Shown here: piece after piece, positions 1 to 9,952 of the stretch
Position numbering within the stretch: position 1 is the first letter of the stretch
Layout of the letters: each line of letters opens with the position of its first letter
Source of the DNA: a virus
DNA: 64,000 bases
Direction: 5' to 3' (one strand)
IMG/VR virus record: IMGVR_UViG_3300042453_004434
Span: 1 to 64,000 of that record
Program-made: the position numbers and the translations under genes
Notes under the pieces: generated by a model
The model's database searches: none
Told to the model about the DNA's origin: nothing
The model's input: only the letters and a program-made list of their open reading frames with translations

Positions 1-373
1 ATCCAGATGAACCGTTTACACCAGAACTGCCTGAACTTCCTGAACTACCAGTTGAACCAGAAGATCCTGTGCTACCAGAACTACCAGCAGATCCACTGCT
101 TCCTGAAGATCCATTAATTCCTGAACTGCCCGAAGAACCGTTTTGACCCGATGATCCAGATGAACCGTTTACACCAGAACTGCCTGAACTTCCTGAACTA
201 CCAGTTGAACCAGAAGATCCTGTGCTACCAGAACTACCAGCAGATCCACTGCTTCCTGAAGATCCATTAATTCCTGAACTGCCCGAATAACCGTTTTGAC
301 CCGATGATCCAGATGAACCGTTTACACCAGAACTGCCTGAACTTCCTGAACTACCAGTTGAACCAGAAGATCC
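1..373. repeat. 153-bp (51-codon) tandem repeat inside the GSS protein gene
   Basis: ATCCAGATGAACCGTTTACACCAGAAC recurs at 1, 154 and 307; the copies are near identical. Confidence 0.9.
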
Positions 374-673
374 AGTACTACCAGAACTTCCAGATGATCC
401 TGATGAACCTGATGAACCGCTAGATCCAGAACTTCCAGACGAACCTGAAGAACCAGAACTTCCAGATGAACCACTTGATCCAGATGTGCCGCTACTACCC
501 GAAGATCCAGCTGGTCCTATTTCTTTGCCTGTAACAGATATTGCCGGATTAGGAATTAAATTTATATCAATTTCATTTTCGCAAGTATTAACGTCGCTTT
601 GTAATGAAGAATTAACTACGCTTACATCAATTGTATTTTTGCTGTTTGTGACATTTACATCAATACTTGCCAT
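1..673 (-). CDS. Gly-Ser-Ser (collagen-like G-X-Y) repeat protein, probable virion fibre; partial, runs off the left edge
   Basis: ATG at 673 reads MASIDVNVTNSKNTIDVSVVNS...KEIGPAGSSGSSGTSGSSGSSG; the frame stays open to position 1 with Gly every third residue. Not in the ORF track because the stop is outside the window. Confidence 0.85.
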   Translation of the reverse strand, partial: MASIDVNVTNSKNTIDVSVVNSSLQSDVNTCENEIDINLIPNPAISVTGKEIGPAGSSGSSGTSGSSGSSGSSGSSGSSGSSGSSGSSGSSGSSGSSGSTGSSGSTGSSGSSGSSGVNGSSGSSGQNGYSGSSGINGSSGSSGSAGSSGSTGSSGSTGSSGSSGSSGVNGSSGSSGQNGSSGSSGINGSSGSSGSAGSSGSTGSSGSTGSSGSSGSSGVNGSSG

Positions 674-676
674 ATT

Positions 677-1006
677 TTATAGATGTGTCACATCTGGTAA
701 CACGTTTAATCGAAATTCAAATAATGTTTGATCTTTTATTCCGGTTGAATAAAAATGAACATCACCATATAAATTAATAGGCGGAAATCCTTTTGTTACA
801 CTCGCTGGTATATCAAAATATACTGAACCGCTTTGATATGCTGCATACGCAACAGTTGGAATAAATTGATATAATAAATTTCCATCTGGATGTGCGCGAA
901 TTTGACCGGTACAACTCAAATTACTAAAATCATCAGTTGCAGACGAAAGATTGACTGTTTGTGTGCAAAGATAATCACCTCTAATAACTGATAGTTGAGT
1001 AGCCAT
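677..1006 (-). CDS. hypothetical virion-associated beta-sandwich protein
   Basis: 109-aa ORF in the structural operon, preceded by a GTGTAA motif. Confidence 0.6.
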   Translation of the reverse strand: MATQLSVIRGDYLCTQTVNLSSATDDFSNLSCTGQIRAHPDGNLLYQFIPTVAYAAYQSGSVYFDIPASVTKGFPPINLYGDVHFYSTGIKDQTLFEFRLNVLPDVTHL

Positions 1007-1041
1007 TTTTAATATTTTACACTTGATTTAAAAAAAGAGAC

Positions 1042-1070
1042 AAAAAAACCCCCATCTTGCGATGGAGGTT
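1042..1070 (-). terminator. intrinsic terminator
   Basis: hairpin CCTCCATC-GCAA-GATGGGGG followed by a U-tract on the minus strand. Confidence 0.75.
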
Positions 1071-1087
1071 TAAGAAAAAATATAATA

Positions 1088-1522
1088 TTAAATTTCCTTT
1101 AATATTCGAATTGTTTTTGCGTGTTCGGGATTATTTGGATCTAAATTAAAAGCTGGATTTTGTGTTGTCATTGAAATCGTACCGCGAGAATGCTGTTTAA
1201 ATTGACGCAGTAATTTTTCTTTTAATTCCATTCTTGATCCACTACCAAATATGCCTAACTTCTCACACATATTTTGTAAATCTAGCATTGTCATTTCTGC
1301 TAGTTTCTCCTTGAATACTTCTAAATTAGAAGTGCCAAAGGGATTCATCTTTTTGATGCCTAAAATTTCTTCAAGCTCTTTTACCTTTTGAATATCAGGA
1401 TCATCGTTCTTCTTGCCGTCTGCTAAAATTAAATTATCTAGCTGTGATTTATTTTCAGTAGCTTTAATTTCTGTTGTTGACTCAACCTTCTTTGTTGTAT
1501 TTTTCTTGGTCTTTTTAGCCAT
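1088..1522 (-). CDS. hypothetical protein with a SAP/Rho-N-like helical motif
   Basis: likely start MAKKTKK at 1522, because the longer ORF overlaps a terminator; MTMLDLQNMCEKLGIFGSGSRMELKEKL resembles a SAP-type helix-extension-helix. Confidence 0.6.
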   Translation of the reverse strand: MAKKTKKNTTKKVESTTEIKATENKSQLDNLILADGKKNDDPDIQKVKELEEILGIKKMNPFGTSNLEVFKEKLAEMTMLDLQNMCEKLGIFGSGSRMELKEKLLRQFKQHSRGTISMTTQNPAFNLDPNNPEHAKTIRILKEI

Positions 1523-1556
1523 ATAAGATAATAGTAAAATAATGATATATTTAAAT

Positions 1557-1588
1557 AAAAAAAGAGCCACCCTTTCGGATGGCTCTTT
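1557..1588 (-). terminator. intrinsic terminator after the capsid gene
   Basis: AGAGCCATC-CGAAA-GGGTGGCTCT plus U-tract. Confidence 0.85.
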
Positions 1589-1605
1589 GATTTTTTCTCT
1601 TGAAC

Positions 1606-2796
1606 TTATACAAGGAGACCCACAAGTGCCCTGTTGTCGAGAACCATACGACCCTCTTCCAATGCGCCATAGTAACCAATCTTGCCTTGACGCAATGTAT
1701 ATTGGTCATCAGCGATAAGATTGAATTCTGAACCAGTGTCAGAATCAACAGCGACAGCACGAACGAGAGAATCGCGTGATCTATCGAGACCAACGATAAC
1801 TTGTTCGGTTGTTTGAATAGCTCTAGCAGTACCGCCATTAGCAGGTAAAGCGTAGTTGTCAGCATAGCTTACGCCAGAAGAAACTGTGCTGAAGATTGTG
1901 TTAAACTTCTTACCAACGCCGAATTCGAGAATTTCCATGATGGAAACACCGAAGAATTCAGGAATACCAGCTTGATTGAACATTTGATCACGAATAGCAT
2001 CAGTAGCAGCGATACCATTATTACCGCCAGTTTGATTAGCAGCATAGCCAGCGGCTGTGCCACCTTTAGCTAATGAACCTTGTGTGTTAATGGGGTTATA
2101 AGCCATACCACGAATTTCTTCGATGATTTCGGGTGAAACGATAAGATCTGTTAAACCACGACGAGCACCTGAAGGAGTACCACCAACGAATGAAGCGTTG
2201 ATTCTCTTGATCTTTGTGAATAACTTGTTTAAGTCATTCAAAACAAATCTTCCAGGAGCAGCAGAGCGGAAAACATGATAGTTATCAGCAGCTGTAGCAG
2301 AATTACCAGTGGAAGCATTAGCGAGAGCAGTCATTAGAAGATTAGCAGAAGTTCTTTCTTGCTTGAGCATAACTTCTTGAGCTACGCGAGTGAAAGACTT
2401 GCTAACTACATCTAAACGGCTCTTAGCAGCATACTTCTTATCGAAAGCGACAGAGCTATCCAAGCGATAAGTAGCGATCTTAAGTTCAGAAGCCAAAGGT
2501 TGAACGATATTTTGAGGAAGACCACCAGCTACAGATTGGCTGTAAACTTTGATGTAATCTTCATCGAAGATATCATAATATAGATCCAAAGGAATGGAAG
2601 GATTATCTTCGGCGTTGAATTGAAGACTTGTAAACAAGTTAGAAACAGTAGGAGCATTATTGATAACTTCAGCCAAAACAGGACCAATGAATTCAGCCAA
2701 AGCTACTTGAGCTTCATAGGCTACTTCACGATTCTTGGAAGCTAATGCTTTGATTAGTTCGACTTGTTCGTCTGTTCTCTTTAAAACGATTTTCAT
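1606..2796 (-). CDS. major capsid protein (probable)
   Basis: 396 aa, strongly biased codons, position after terminase-portal-scaffold-decoration, followed by a strong terminator. Confidence 0.75.
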   Translation of the reverse strand: MKIVLKRTDEQVELIKALASKNREVAYEAQVALAEFIGPVLAEVINNAPTVSNLFTSLQFNAEDNPSIPLDLYYDIFDEDYIKVYSQSVAGGLPQNIVQPLASELKIATYRLDSSVAFDKKYAAKSRLDVVSKSFTRVAQEVMLKQERTSANLLMTALANASTGNSATAADNYHVFRSAAPGRFVLNDLNKLFTKIKRINASFVGGTPSGARRGLTDLIVSPEIIEEIRGMAYNPINTQGSLAKGGTAAGYAANQTGGNNGIAATDAIRDQMFNQAGIPEFFGVSIMEILEFGVGKKFNTIFSTVSSGVSYADNYALPANGGTARAIQTTEQVIVGLDRSRDSLVRAVAVDSDTGSEFNLIADDQYTLRQGKIGYYGALEEGRMVLDNRALVGLLV

Positions 2797-2814
2797 ATTA
2801 TGTTAAGTTGGATA

Positions 2815-3486
2815 TTAGACAACGTAAGATGTAACGCAGTCGATTTGAACGAGAGCATATTTTCCTGTTGTGGCACCAGCGAAATAATCGCTCTTACCAT
2901 TTTGGGAAACACGTTGACCAGTAGCTAGAATTCTACCGACGATGCTTGTAGTACCGGTGAGTGGTGATACTGCGGAAGAAGCGAGACCGGAAACCTTACC
3001 AGCGTTTGCGGAAATGATAAGGTGATTATTAACAGTCATGTTAGCATCGACCCAATCGATAGCAGTATCAGCTAGTGTGAAAATACCGCGAGTAGCGACA
3101 GGAACAGCTTGACCAGATAGAACAGATTGAAGTTCAGCTCTCTTAACAGGATTATAGAGAAGCTTTTCACCGTTCTCATCGGTTAGAAGTGTTTGATTGA
3201 GCGTAATACCAAGAACTGGAACACCAGCGGTAGCCGCAGTAAATGTGAGAGGTACAGAAGGATATTGAGCAGCACCCAAGAAAGGATAGTCTGTCTTACC
3301 TAGTACTGTATCGTTAGTAGCATAAGTAATTGGATCTAGATCCAAGTTACCAGCTGATACCTTGACGAATACACCAGCAGAGCCATTACCATTTGTTGAT
3401 GGTGTGGAATCTACTGTGTCGCTTGCGAACAAGTTAATAACATCATGTTCGCTATATTGTCTAAATGGATATAATCTTAGTGACAT
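2815..3486 (-). CDS. head decoration/capsid accessory protein (probable)
   Basis: 223 aa, rich in A/G/T/V, lies between the scaffold and capsid genes. Confidence 0.55.
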   Translation of the reverse strand: MSLRLYPFRQYSEHDVINLFASDTVDSTPSTNGNGSAGVFVKVSAGNLDLDPITYATNDTVLGKTDYPFLGAAQYPSVPLTFTAATAGVPVLGITLNQTLLTDENGEKLLYNPVKRAELQSVLSGQAVPVATRGIFTLADTAIDWVDANMTVNNHLIISANAGKVSGLASSAVSPLTGTTSIVGRILATGQRVSQNGKSDYFAGATTGKYALVQIDCVTSYVV

Positions 3487-3492
3487 ATAGTT

Positions 3493-5088
3493 TTAAAATT
3501 TAACTGTTATATTTTCCTTACTGAAAGCCTTGCTAAGTCTTTCTTTCCAAGAAACCTTCTCTTCAGTCGGCTCAATGCCTTGAGCGGGTATAGCAGCATC
3601 TTCAGGCTTTGCATTAGCTAAAGCGGTTTCGACTTCAACAGTTTTTTCAACTACTTCGCTTGCTACTGTTTTTACTTGTCCCATTCTCTTAGCTAGTTCG
3701 GCTTCGAGGCGGTCTTGGAAAGCTTTTTCTTGATCAGCCTTAAAAGCTTTGCTCTTGTGTCTATAAACTACTGCTAGTTTATCCTTATAAGAAGCAAAAG
3801 CCTCATCGGACTTATCTAAAGCGCTAATTTCTTTAGCGAGAAATTGACGATCTACATCATCAAAATCATATTCAGTATCTAGAACATTCATTCTAGAATT
3901 AAAAAGTTCTTGAGCGGCTTGGGCGCTCATTGTGGTTTCGAGTTCATTCAATCTAGCTAATGAATCAGCTAGCTTCTTGTTGTTCTCTTCAAGATCTTTC
4001 TTGAACTGTTCGGCTTGAGCGACGGCTTCGAGCTTTGCTTTTTCAGCAGAAGCGATCTCAGTTTTGATTTCGTCGTTCTTGAGTTTGATGCTTTCAGCGA
4101 TCTTTGCAGAAATAGAAGCAACAGCTTCTTCACTGAATTTTTCAGATTCTTGCTTTTCAGCGAGAACTGTTTTTAGCGCGGATAATATTTGGTCTAAATC
4201 CATAACTTTATTTTTGGTAATATTTACAGTATTATTTTGATTTTGTGAAAAATTATCTACTATTACTTTTTTAGGTGTATAGATTTGAATTGATTCTACT
4301 ATCTCTAAAACTTCTGCTTCTGTATCTTCTTCGACTTCATTTTCTTCTTCATTATCGATAATAACACCTTGAACATCAGCAGCTGGATTCGTAGTAAATC
4401 CAATGCCTAATGGATAAATTCTGCCAGTTACTAATCTGTAAACTGGAGTACCATCATTTAAAGTACCGGGACCGTCGAAACCTTTTAAGAATTTCTTAAA
4501 TTCTTCTATTTGATTTTGTTTAGTAATTATTTCAGCATTTTTTAAATCCATGCTACCAATTGCAATTGCATATTCATTAAAACCAATTTCCCAACTTGCA
4601 CTAATCTTTTGGTATAATGGAGAATCAGGATTATTAGAATTAACTAATGCATCAGCAAAATCACGGTCAACTGTTTTATAAACAACAGCAGCTAAAGCAA
4701 TATTGAATGGATCTAACTTTCCTTTAACATCGTCTTCAAATAATAATTGATTATCACCATAAGATGAAAAAGCAGAATTAACAATATGACCAACAACTCT
4801 TGTTTTCTTATGTTCGATATTTGTAGGTTTATGGATAAAATATTTCTTAAAAGCAATTGCTGTATCGGTATTAATACCATCGCCGTTTTTATTAAAACGA
4901 TTTACTACAGCAGCGTTAAACGCAGCGCCAACAAGATCAATATTCTTATCTAAGTTAACACTATTAGGAATTAAACTTCTTAAACCATCTAACGAAGCAA
5001 CAGACAACAATGGATTTTGATCAAAATTCAATGAAGCTGTAACAATGTTATCAAATTTAGTTTTATAACGATAAAGATCGCTTGACAT
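3493..5088 (-). CDS. prohead protease/scaffold fusion (probable)
   Basis: N-terminal globular domain (NKNGDG, HKPTNIEH, SASWEIGF) and C-terminal coiled coil; sits between portal and capsid. Confidence 0.7.
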   Translation of the reverse strand: MSSDLYRYKTKFDNIVTASLNFDQNPLLSVASLDGLRSLIPNSVNLDKNIDLVGAAFNAAVVNRFNKNGDGINTDTAIAFKKYFIHKPTNIEHKKTRVVGHIVNSAFSSYGDNQLLFEDDVKGKLDPFNIALAAVVYKTVDRDFADALVNSNNPDSPLYQKISASWEIGFNEYAIAIGSMDLKNAEIITKQNQIEEFKKFLKGFDGPGTLNDGTPVYRLVTGRIYPLGIGFTTNPAADVQGVIIDNEEENEVEEDTEAEVLEIVESIQIYTPKKVIVDNFSQNQNNTVNITKNKVMDLDQILSALKTVLAEKQESEKFSEEAVASISAKIAESIKLKNDEIKTEIASAEKAKLEAVAQAEQFKKDLEENNKKLADSLARLNELETTMSAQAAQELFNSRMNVLDTEYDFDDVDRQFLAKEISALDKSDEAFASYKDKLAVVYRHKSKAFKADQEKAFQDRLEAELAKRMGQVKTVASEVVEKTVEVETALANAKPEDAAIPAQGIEPTEEKVSWKERLSKAFSKENITVKF

Positions 5089-5099
5089 ATAGTATAATA

Positions 5100-7133
5100 T
5101 TACACAGAAAACTTAGTGCTGTGATATAATAAGCTTGCTGAATATGTATCTAATTGATGCTCGGCAGCCATTTCTTGAATAGAATTTAGTATTCCTAGTT
5201 TATCTAATGCAGTAGGATCATTTAATACAGAAGATGCAGTTTTAGGCCAATCTTTGAATTCAGTTCCAGTAATAATTGCTTCGGTAATACCTGTTGCTAA
5301 TTTTTTCTGTTCTGCACTTAATGATTTCTTATTATATTTCTTTTTTAGCCCCGCTTCAATTAGACCGTTAAGTGTTTTTGATTCATCCATGACTTTTGCA
5401 ATAGCATTTTTGGCAAAGACAGCAGCTTTAGCAGTACCCTTTGGACGACCGGCTGTATTGGGTGTTTGATTCTTAATTGGAGCTGGACCAGTTGACATGC
5501 CAGGAATTGGAGGTGGTATCATTGGAACGCCGCCAACAATAGGATTGTAGTAACCTTGTTCTCTTTGTTGAACAAATTTTTGTTGAGCAGCTGCTAATTC
5601 TTCAGAAGTAGGATAAATACCAGTTTCAATAACCTTAATACCTTCTTCTGGTGGCAATATTCCTAATTCCATCATTCTTGTAACAACTCGATTAAATTGA
5701 GTTTCATCTTTAATTGAAACTTCTTCAAATCTCGCAACAGGACATTTACCTTTAAATCCTAAATTCTTAAATATAGCTTCAATTTCTGGTTGCAAAAAAT
5801 CATTTATAAAAGCGTTTCTTGATTCTTTTAATCTTTCGAAAAATACTTGAGCCTTAACAGTAGTATTAGCAAACTTTTCAGAACCAATTAAAATATTTTG
5901 TAAACCTTCTTTAATATCTTCATTAACAATACGATATTTTTCATATCCTAATACTTTATTCATATCAGGAATAACAAACTCAGCTTTTGTTGTATAATCT
6001 GCAACAAGTACACGACCAACAGATTGATTATTTAATAAGCTTTGCATGGCTTTAATGTTTTTATGATTAATGCCACCCTTACTTGGTTCAGTACCTAAAG
6101 TGATTAATAGAATAACATTTTCAATCGTTCTACAAATAGCTTGATCAATTTTTTTCATTTCAAGTTTAAAGTTAATATCATCTAAAACTGGAAAACCAAA
6201 TGGAATAGAAAATGGCTCGTAATCCTGCTTTTTATAAAATGAAGCAATAACATTTGTTGGATCTAGTTGAATCTTCAAACCATCACGCGCCCATTGACCA
6301 TTCTTGATTTTATCTTTTGTTTGATCGTCTAATTGATCAAAAATCATTTTATCATGATCATTCTTTGGAGTCCTTAATCTTTCTAATTCATATTCAGACA
6401 AAATCTTTTGATATAACATCTCTTTCCATGAGCTTGTTCTATTTACAGTAACATAATATGGATTCAATAATGTATAAGAAACAGGTATTTGATTTTTTAC
6501 GTCATAATTACTTGGATAAGGCAATAATGAAACATCTGTTGTATAAGATTGACCATCGTACGTAGCATAAGATTCTAAAATCTTTTGAAAATCATTTATA
6601 TCAAACTTAGCATTTATTTTATAAAAGAAAACATTACCACTTCTGTAATACTCACGAAAAAATTGATCTTTAATTCCCCAAATCTTTATATACTTCATCC
6701 ATTTTGTGAAAAAGTCTCTTGCTTTTTGACTTCCGCCTTCTAGATATATTTCAGCGTTAGCAAACTCAGACATAATATCAACAGCATTTCTAAAAATAGC
6801 TACATTTGCATAAGCTTTCTGACATAATTCAATTGCATCGCGAATATTATAACCATTAATGGAAGTCTCGAAGGGTAATAAACCTTCTCGAATATTGGCA
6901 TAACGATAAATTTTTGGCCCTACATAAGCTAAGTTACGACGAATACCTGTAGGATTATCTGTATTTTGTGATCTTTCGTAAGAAGCTTTAGCATCATGAT
7001 TATAAAAAGGCTCACCAACCAAAGTAGGTTCAGAATAATCTCTAATTAAATCTTCTAATGGAGCCGATTGATCTTCTGTTCCTTTAGAAAATTTGCTCCA
7101 ATATTCTGACTTCTTTGTATATTTACGACTCAT
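5100..7133 (-). CDS. portal protein (probable)
   Basis: likely start MSRKY at 7133; directly downstream of the large terminase; size and Pro-rich C-terminal tail fit a portal. Confidence 0.7.
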   Translation of the reverse strand: MSRKYTKKSEYWSKFSKGTEDQSAPLEDLIRDYSEPTLVGEPFYNHDAKASYERSQNTDNPTGIRRNLAYVGPKIYRYANIREGLLPFETSINGYNIRDAIELCQKAYANVAIFRNAVDIMSEFANAEIYLEGGSQKARDFFTKWMKYIKIWGIKDQFFREYYRSGNVFFYKINAKFDINDFQKILESYATYDGQSYTTDVSLLPYPSNYDVKNQIPVSYTLLNPYYVTVNRTSSWKEMLYQKILSEYELERLRTPKNDHDKMIFDQLDDQTKDKIKNGQWARDGLKIQLDPTNVIASFYKKQDYEPFSIPFGFPVLDDINFKLEMKKIDQAICRTIENVILLITLGTEPSKGGINHKNIKAMQSLLNNQSVGRVLVADYTTKAEFVIPDMNKVLGYEKYRIVNEDIKEGLQNILIGSEKFANTTVKAQVFFERLKESRNAFINDFLQPEIEAIFKNLGFKGKCPVARFEEVSIKDETQFNRVVTRMMELGILPPEEGIKVIETGIYPTSEELAAAQQKFVQQREQGYYNPIVGGVPMIPPPIPGMSTGPAPIKNQTPNTAGRPKGTAKAAVFAKNAIAKVMDESKTLNGLIEAGLKKKYNKKSLSAEQKKLATGITEAIITGTEFKDWPKTASSVLNDPTALDKLGILNSIQEMAAEHQLDTYSASLLYHSTKFSV

Positions 7134-7185
7134 GGTATAAATAGTTACACATTGTAACTTTAAAAGTGACTTTTTAACATTAATT

Positions 7186-9051
7186 TTATCCAATAAATAT
7201 CGGTTCAAAAGTTTCCATTACATTATCGACTTGAGTGTTTTCCATATCGAAATAAATTTTTGCTAACCAATTACCTAATACTAAAGCTGAATAACTATCT
7301 TTTCTAGGTTTATCTGGACCTGTTTTACGTTTTAAGTTTGCTGGTAAATCAAAATTCTGTAAACCTTGAGCAGAAGTAGTAATTTGTATTAGTGCGCATT
7401 CTGTTTTAGTTAACAAAATCATATCAGTTAAATGCTCAACAAAATCGATCATTTTAGCTTCTTCATTTTCTTTTTCTGAATCTAATGAATTTGAAAACTT
7501 CAAATTAGTAATACCAATTCTTCTTTTAGTTTGCGCTCTAAAATTGTCATCAATAGCTCTGCTACCGAAGAAAATACGACGATGATCAAAATTAGCTTGC
7601 AACATCTCATTTGCTAAACGTATCCAAGAAGAAGTCGGCTTTCTTAAAAATACATACTTATATTCTGATTTGTTATACTCCATTTTAGCAGAGAATAAAT
7701 TTTGCGCATATTCTTCGGGGCGCTCGAATTCTGTTGTTATTGGCTTTAAATTAATTTTAGCATCTTTAAAAAGCTCGCTTTCATTACAGGAATTCATAAA
7801 CTGAACGCCACCGTTGTAGTCCATGCATATTGCAACAACGTTAAAGTTTTGAAGTATATATAAAAAGTATTTGATATGGTCTTTTAATGATGAACCAGAT
7901 AAAGCATAAGAGTGGACAAGAGTTGATATTTGTTTTTCTCTATTTATCTTCAATACTTGAATGGCGAAATCGTCAGAAGATTCAGTTTCTGACCAAGAAG
8001 GGTCAACAGAAACTATATATTCATCTTCTGCATGACCCGCTACTTCAATTGACGGCTGTTCACCATCAGGTATAGTACAAAGAGCCATTTTAGAAATTTT
8101 AAAATAACCAGAACTATCATCTGTAAATTGTGCTCCAAATTCTCTTAAAAATTGAGATTCACTCATCGTTGCTTTTGCTTGATTGATCAAATTTTGATCA
8201 TATAATTGTGTCGGCGCACAATCATAAGAAAACTGCATTACACAACGCTTAGTAGTGTCTTTCGTTTTAGGATTAAAAATTAAATTTTCATATTGCTCAT
8301 ACAACTTATATAAATATTCAAATTTAAAAGACGCAGAAGATAATGCAATTAATTTATTATTAGGCCATTGATATCGATCTTCTTCTTTCATCTCGCCTTT
8401 TTCAATCAATTGTGTTTCAAGATTATAAAGCTCTTCTCTTTGTGTTGGGTTTTGCACAACAGACAAGAATGGTACAATAACTTCATTATAAATACGTTCA
8501 GGCATCAATAAAAACTCGTCAATAATAATACGATGAAAACGAAAACCACGAAGCTTTTCACCATCGCCTAATGGCAATGCTCTTATTCTGCTTTTACCGA
8601 TTTCCATCACCCATTCATCGTTACTTTTAGATACATGAGTAATACATTGTTTTAACAAATAAGCTTCTGGTTTTGCGGCAATATCTTCAATCTTTTTAAA
8701 TATCATTTTAGACTGACGAAATGATCTAGACAAAATGCCAGTTTCAATACCTTGATTTAAAATAGCATCTAATACAGCATAAATACCAGTAGTATAAGAC
8801 TTGCTCATACCACGGCTCCAAACTCCCAAAAAATAATCGCTTTCCAACATTCCTTTAATAGCCATATGTTGAAAAGGAAACAATTTAACCCCAGTAATTA
8901 AATCAGTTGAGAATGTAATATTATTTCTTAAGAACTGATAAAATAATAATTTAGCTTCTCTTTCTTCTATGTAACCGTCTTTTTGTAAAAGCTCTTCATT
9001 TGTAATCAAGTAATTCTTTTTTTGTTTCTGGATCCCGGTTTCCCAGCTCAT
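7186..9051 (-). CDS. terL: terminase large subunit
   Basis: LFPFQ adenine motif, Walker A variant SRGMSKS, LRGFRFHRIIIDEF Walker B, SSA motif C, RNase-H-like VDPS and KDSYSAL. Confidence 0.9.
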   Translation of the reverse strand: MSWETGIQKQKKNYLITNEELLQKDGYIEEREAKLLFYQFLRNNITFSTDLITGVKLFPFQHMAIKGMLESDYFLGVWSRGMSKSYTTGIYAVLDAILNQGIETGILSRSFRQSKMIFKKIEDIAAKPEAYLLKQCITHVSKSNDEWVMEIGKSRIRALPLGDGEKLRGFRFHRIIIDEFLLMPERIYNEVIVPFLSVVQNPTQREELYNLETQLIEKGEMKEEDRYQWPNNKLIALSSASFKFEYLYKLYEQYENLIFNPKTKDTTKRCVMQFSYDCAPTQLYDQNLINQAKATMSESQFLREFGAQFTDDSSGYFKISKMALCTIPDGEQPSIEVAGHAEDEYIVSVDPSWSETESSDDFAIQVLKINREKQISTLVHSYALSGSSLKDHIKYFLYILQNFNVVAICMDYNGGVQFMNSCNESELFKDAKINLKPITTEFERPEEYAQNLFSAKMEYNKSEYKYVFLRKPTSSWIRLANEMLQANFDHRRIFFGSRAIDDNFRAQTKRRIGITNLKFSNSLDSEKENEEAKMIDFVEHLTDMILLTKTECALIQITTSAQGLQNFDLPANLKRKTGPDKPRKDSYSALVLGNWLAKIYFDMENTQVDNVMETFEPIFIG

Positions 9052-9952
9052 AATCTAAAAAATATTGTATGTCTACTTGCCATAACTTATTACCATGATA
9101 TAAAAGTTTCGGTATAATATCTAAAGATTTTTCGCGATTGCCTGTAAATATGAATTGAATATGTCTCGCATATTTATGAGTTAAATAACGCATATTATGA
9201 AAAACATATTCTAAACTGGTTCTGCGATTATATTTTTTATGATTGTATTTAATATCATTTATAGTAGATTCGATAACTACAAATAAATAACTATTTAATC
9301 CAACTGCTTTTTCTATCTCTCTTTCAAATCTACTTAGTCCAGAAGCCATTGTACCTAGAAAATCAGATTCACTTTTTCTATCGACAAAAGTATAACTGTA
9401 TGTATTATTTTCTAATAAATAATCGCCAACATATAATTTTTCAATACGCGAATTAGCAAACTCTAATGGCATTTGTTCTCTAGTATCTATTAATATGGTG
9501 GCGTTCTGCAAATCAACATTATTAAAATCTGATATTATATTTTTATTAAATACTGGTTCTTTATTCAATTCTTTGCAAAATGTATTATATGAACCAAAAT
9601 GTTTTTTAATGATATTTATCGGCGGCAAAGCTAATGTTTTAATTTCATTATGGAACGGCGCATATGTATAATTCTTTTCTTTAATACGTTCAGAAATTAT
9701 TTCCAGACATTTAGATTTAATAACTTCTTGGGGTTGAGATTTTTCCCATTGCAAAAATTCATTTAAATCGATAAATTCTGTTTTGAAATAATCTTTTTTA
9801 TTTAAATAAGGTATTTGTCTTTTATAAAATAAAGAATATCTTGGATAATGAGTACAATAATATTCTGCTTGATATATATTATGTTTTTTTAAATGTGCGT
9901 GAAATGATTTATCATTATCAAACTTTTCATTACATATTTTACATTCTGTCAT
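8996..9952 (-). CDS. C2H2 zinc finger plus ERCC4 (XPF/Mus81-type) nuclease domain protein
   Basis: CKIC...HLKKH at the N-terminus; ILIDTREQ, LYVGDY, VDRKSESDF and LFVVIE match the ERCC4 motifs. Confidence 0.75.
   Translation of the reverse strand: MTECKICNEKFDNDKSFHAHLKKHNIYQAEYYCTHYPRYSLFYKRQIPYLNKKDYFKTEFIDLNEFLQWEKSQPQEVIKSKCLEIISERIKEKNYTYAPFHNEIKTLALPPINIIKKHFGSYNTFCKELNKEPVFNKNIISDFNNVDLQNATILIDTREQMPLEFANSRIEKLYVGDYLLENNTYSYTFVDRKSESDFLGTMASGLSRFEREIEKAVGLNSYLFVVIESTINDIKYNHKKYNRRTSLEYVFHNMRYLTHKYARHIQFIFTGNREKSLDIIPKLLYHGNKLWQVDIQYFLDYELGNRDPETKKELLDYK

Noticed and set aside
486-731. Plus-strand 81-aa ORF
   Set aside because: Antisense to the GSS-repeat gene and its upstream neighbour
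7186-9051. Intein or intron in the terminase
   Set aside because: Length is ordinary and the motifs are contiguous; no C...HN intein ends
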